DNA of 64,000 nucleotides. Source: Eukaryota sp. TZLM1-RC (Eukaryota > Protista > Metamonada: BaSk clade). The position numbers were made by a program, and so were the translations under genes. The notes below the pieces were generated by a model, which ran no database searches, was not told where the DNA came from, and saw nothing but the letters and a program-made list of their open reading frames with translations. The DNA is taken from assembly GCA_040285825.1 (NCBI GenBank), contig JAUPSS010000001.1, positions 1,736,001 through 1,800,000 on the forward strand, written 5' to 3'. Positions 61,797 through 64,000 of the stretch are shown here, piece by piece (position 1 is the first letter of the stretch; each line of letters starts with the position of its first letter).

Positions 61797-64000
61797 AAAA
61801 CTGATCATTGTACCAGAAAAAACACAGAAAAACCACCATTACGTTCCTTGCGTTCTGTTGCGCGTTCTATTAACAACTCCGTTTCTCGAAATTTGTTTTC
61901 TCCAGCTGAAACTGCAAAAAGTCAAAAGTCTATTTCCACTTTTAACTCAAAAATTGACAAAATTGAAAGAACTGAAAAAATGAAACCACTGCCATTAAAA
62001 GGTTCTAAAAAATGTTCGATTTGTGGTATCAGTGGTCATAATTCGAGAACGTGCCCTGAGAAACAAAAAAGAGAATTTGAATTAAAATCTGCTCAACAAA
62101 TTCTCAAATGTTCTGTTCCAGCTGTTGCCGTTGTGAAAGGTGCTGAAAATAATGTTTCTGACGATCAACAGTTAAATGCTTCTAGTGTTCCCTCTTCTTC
62201 CCCTTCTGAAAACAGTAATTTTTGTTGTCCATTTTGCAAAAAAAGATGTTGCAAATTCACGAAATGGTCGAAAACTTCTGTTTTGTACGAATTGTAAAGC
62301 CGTTGATACCGTAAGACCCCCGATCCGGATCCCAGTAGAAATAAGTCCCGCCAGCACAATCCCCTTCTCAATGGAAATGAGAAATTTTACTTCTGAATTG
62401 AAAAATAATAAGTGGAATATTTCATCCTTCTGGAAATATTTTGCTAGAAAAAACAAAAATTGTTTTAAGAAAAAATTTGGAAATAGAAAAATTGTAAAAT
62501 CAAAAATTTGCCGTAAATTGTGCTTACGTGGTCGTTATGGTGCCGCAAAGCAGTCTTTGTTTTCCTCTTCTTTGGCTGATGCAAACTCTGATACCCTTGA
62601 AAAACTTCAAAAGTTGCATCCCCAAGAAAATTTCAAGTGCAGCAAGCCTGAAGTGTGTCCATTTTGGATTGAAAATCCTATTACTGCAATTGAAGTTCTT
62701 AAAGCTATTCAAAAATTGCCAAAGGGGAAAGCAGCAGGCCCATCTGGAATTTCTTTTGATCTGTTAAAAATAGCGTGTTCCAGTGCTCCCGAAATTGCTG
62801 ATGATCTAGCCCACTATTTTCAACAATTGATTGTTTTGAAAATTAATCCTCCATTTGAATTACTCGCAGCACGTCTGATTGCTTTAGTAAAGCCTGGAAA
62901 CGGAATCAAACCTGATGGAATACGCCCAATTGCTGTTGGTGAATCTCTTTCTCGTTTGCTAGCATCAATTGTCTTCGATCGTGTCAAAGACAAAGCTTCT
63001 ACATTTTTGAATCCTCATCAATTTGGAATCAAAACAATTGATGGTGCTTCTGTTGCTGCTATTGCCTCTGATACCTTTTTTAATGCAGAGGAAAATAATT
63101 TTATTTTTAATCTCGACTTTAAAAATGCTTTTAATTCTGTAAAGCGAGAAGTAATTTTTGAAGTTATTAAATCTGATTTTCCTGAGCTATCGAGTTTTTT
63201 CTACCATTTTTATGGGAAAGAATCAGATTTAATTTTTAATTCATTTGGTCTTAAATCATCTTCTGGAGTGAAGCAGGGAGATCCTTTAGGCCCATTATTG
63301 TTTTGTTTAGCTATTCACAAAACTTTAAATATCATTAAGCAAAAATACCCTTCTATAAAAATAGTTGCTTATATGGATGATATATCCTTGATTGGTTCAT
63401 TTGATTTACTAGAATTGGTTGCTCAAGAAATTGCCGATTCATATGAAAATATTGGGCTTCATCTTAATGCCAGCAAATGCCTTCTGATTGGCTCTTCTGC
63501 TCAAGACCTCGTGATAAACGATTCTATTGTCCCTTTTACTAATTATAGTAGTGATGCTTTTAAGTTCCTTGGTTGTTGGTTAGGAAATGTGCCTCAAATT
63601 CAGAATGAATTGCAAGTTATTTTGGAAAAAATGAAAATTGAACTTGATTCAATTTCTTCTTTAGATATAGAAAAGCATATTAAATTTTTCATGCTTAAAA
63701 TTTGCTACACTGGGAGAATAACCCACATTTTGAGATCTTGTGCTCCTTCCATAGCATTAGATTTTTGTCGTTCTTTTAATTCATTGAGAACAGAATTTTT
63801 TGCTGATTTATTGGATGTAGAACCAGGAATGTTGAAAAGCCATTTATTTTCTTCCAGCAAATTTGGGTGGTATTGGTTTTACTAAATCTTCAATTTTGTG
63901 TCAATCAGCATTCTTGGGTGGTGGCAAAAATTTTATTTATGAATTTTCTCGTAGATTTCCTGATGATTCTCATCTGTTAGTCCCCAATTGTAGTCCCTAT
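61797..64000 (+). mobile_element. Family A copy lacking ~220 nt at 5' end, runs off window end
   Basis: 569 aa ORF 62176-63885 with complete RT motifs; SNP pattern like A2. Confidence 0.94.

Noticed and set aside
1-64000. Conserved multicopy target gene (spliced leader, rRNA, tRNA, snRNA) between elements
   Set aside because: All resolved flanks are other retroelements and TSD sequences are unrelated; no RNA gene was recognisable.

Overview
The whole 64 kb window is a gene-free, AT-rich eukaryotic (standard-code) array of young, nested non-LTR retrotransposons. They have a single ORF encoding RT plus a restriction-like endonuclease (RLE), and the motifs best match the CRE/SLACS/Cnl1/MoTeR group. 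Five related families can be separated (my labels A-E). A is ~3.47 kb with a reconstructed ORF of ~1122 aa and has six full-length copies, one of them a segmental duplicate. B has one full-length copy and many 5'-truncated ones. C, D and E are 5'-truncated only. Matching target-site duplications (TSDs) resolve the array into a seven-level nest (B>D>A>A>A>B>A, 23966-48352), a ~13.2 kb tandem duplication carrying a filled/empty insertion pair, a head-to-tail higher-order repeat of element 3' ends (54454-60222), a 3' transduction traceable to a neighbouring source copy, and one captured non-element poly(A) sequence. Unusual properties: TSDs have a modal length of 13 bp with no conserved target sequence; every full-length copy starts with a variable 5' oligo(T) tract; A and B share a ~250 nt 5' module; and all families end in a conserved acidic-hydrophobic C-terminal peptide. 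My working hypothesis (inference) is a region-targeted retroelement domain such as a centromere or subtelomeric heterochromatin. Almost all frameshifts lie in homopolymers and are probably long-read errors. No host gene, RNA gene, CRISPR array or telomeric repeat array was found, and the host species cannot be identified from the window.
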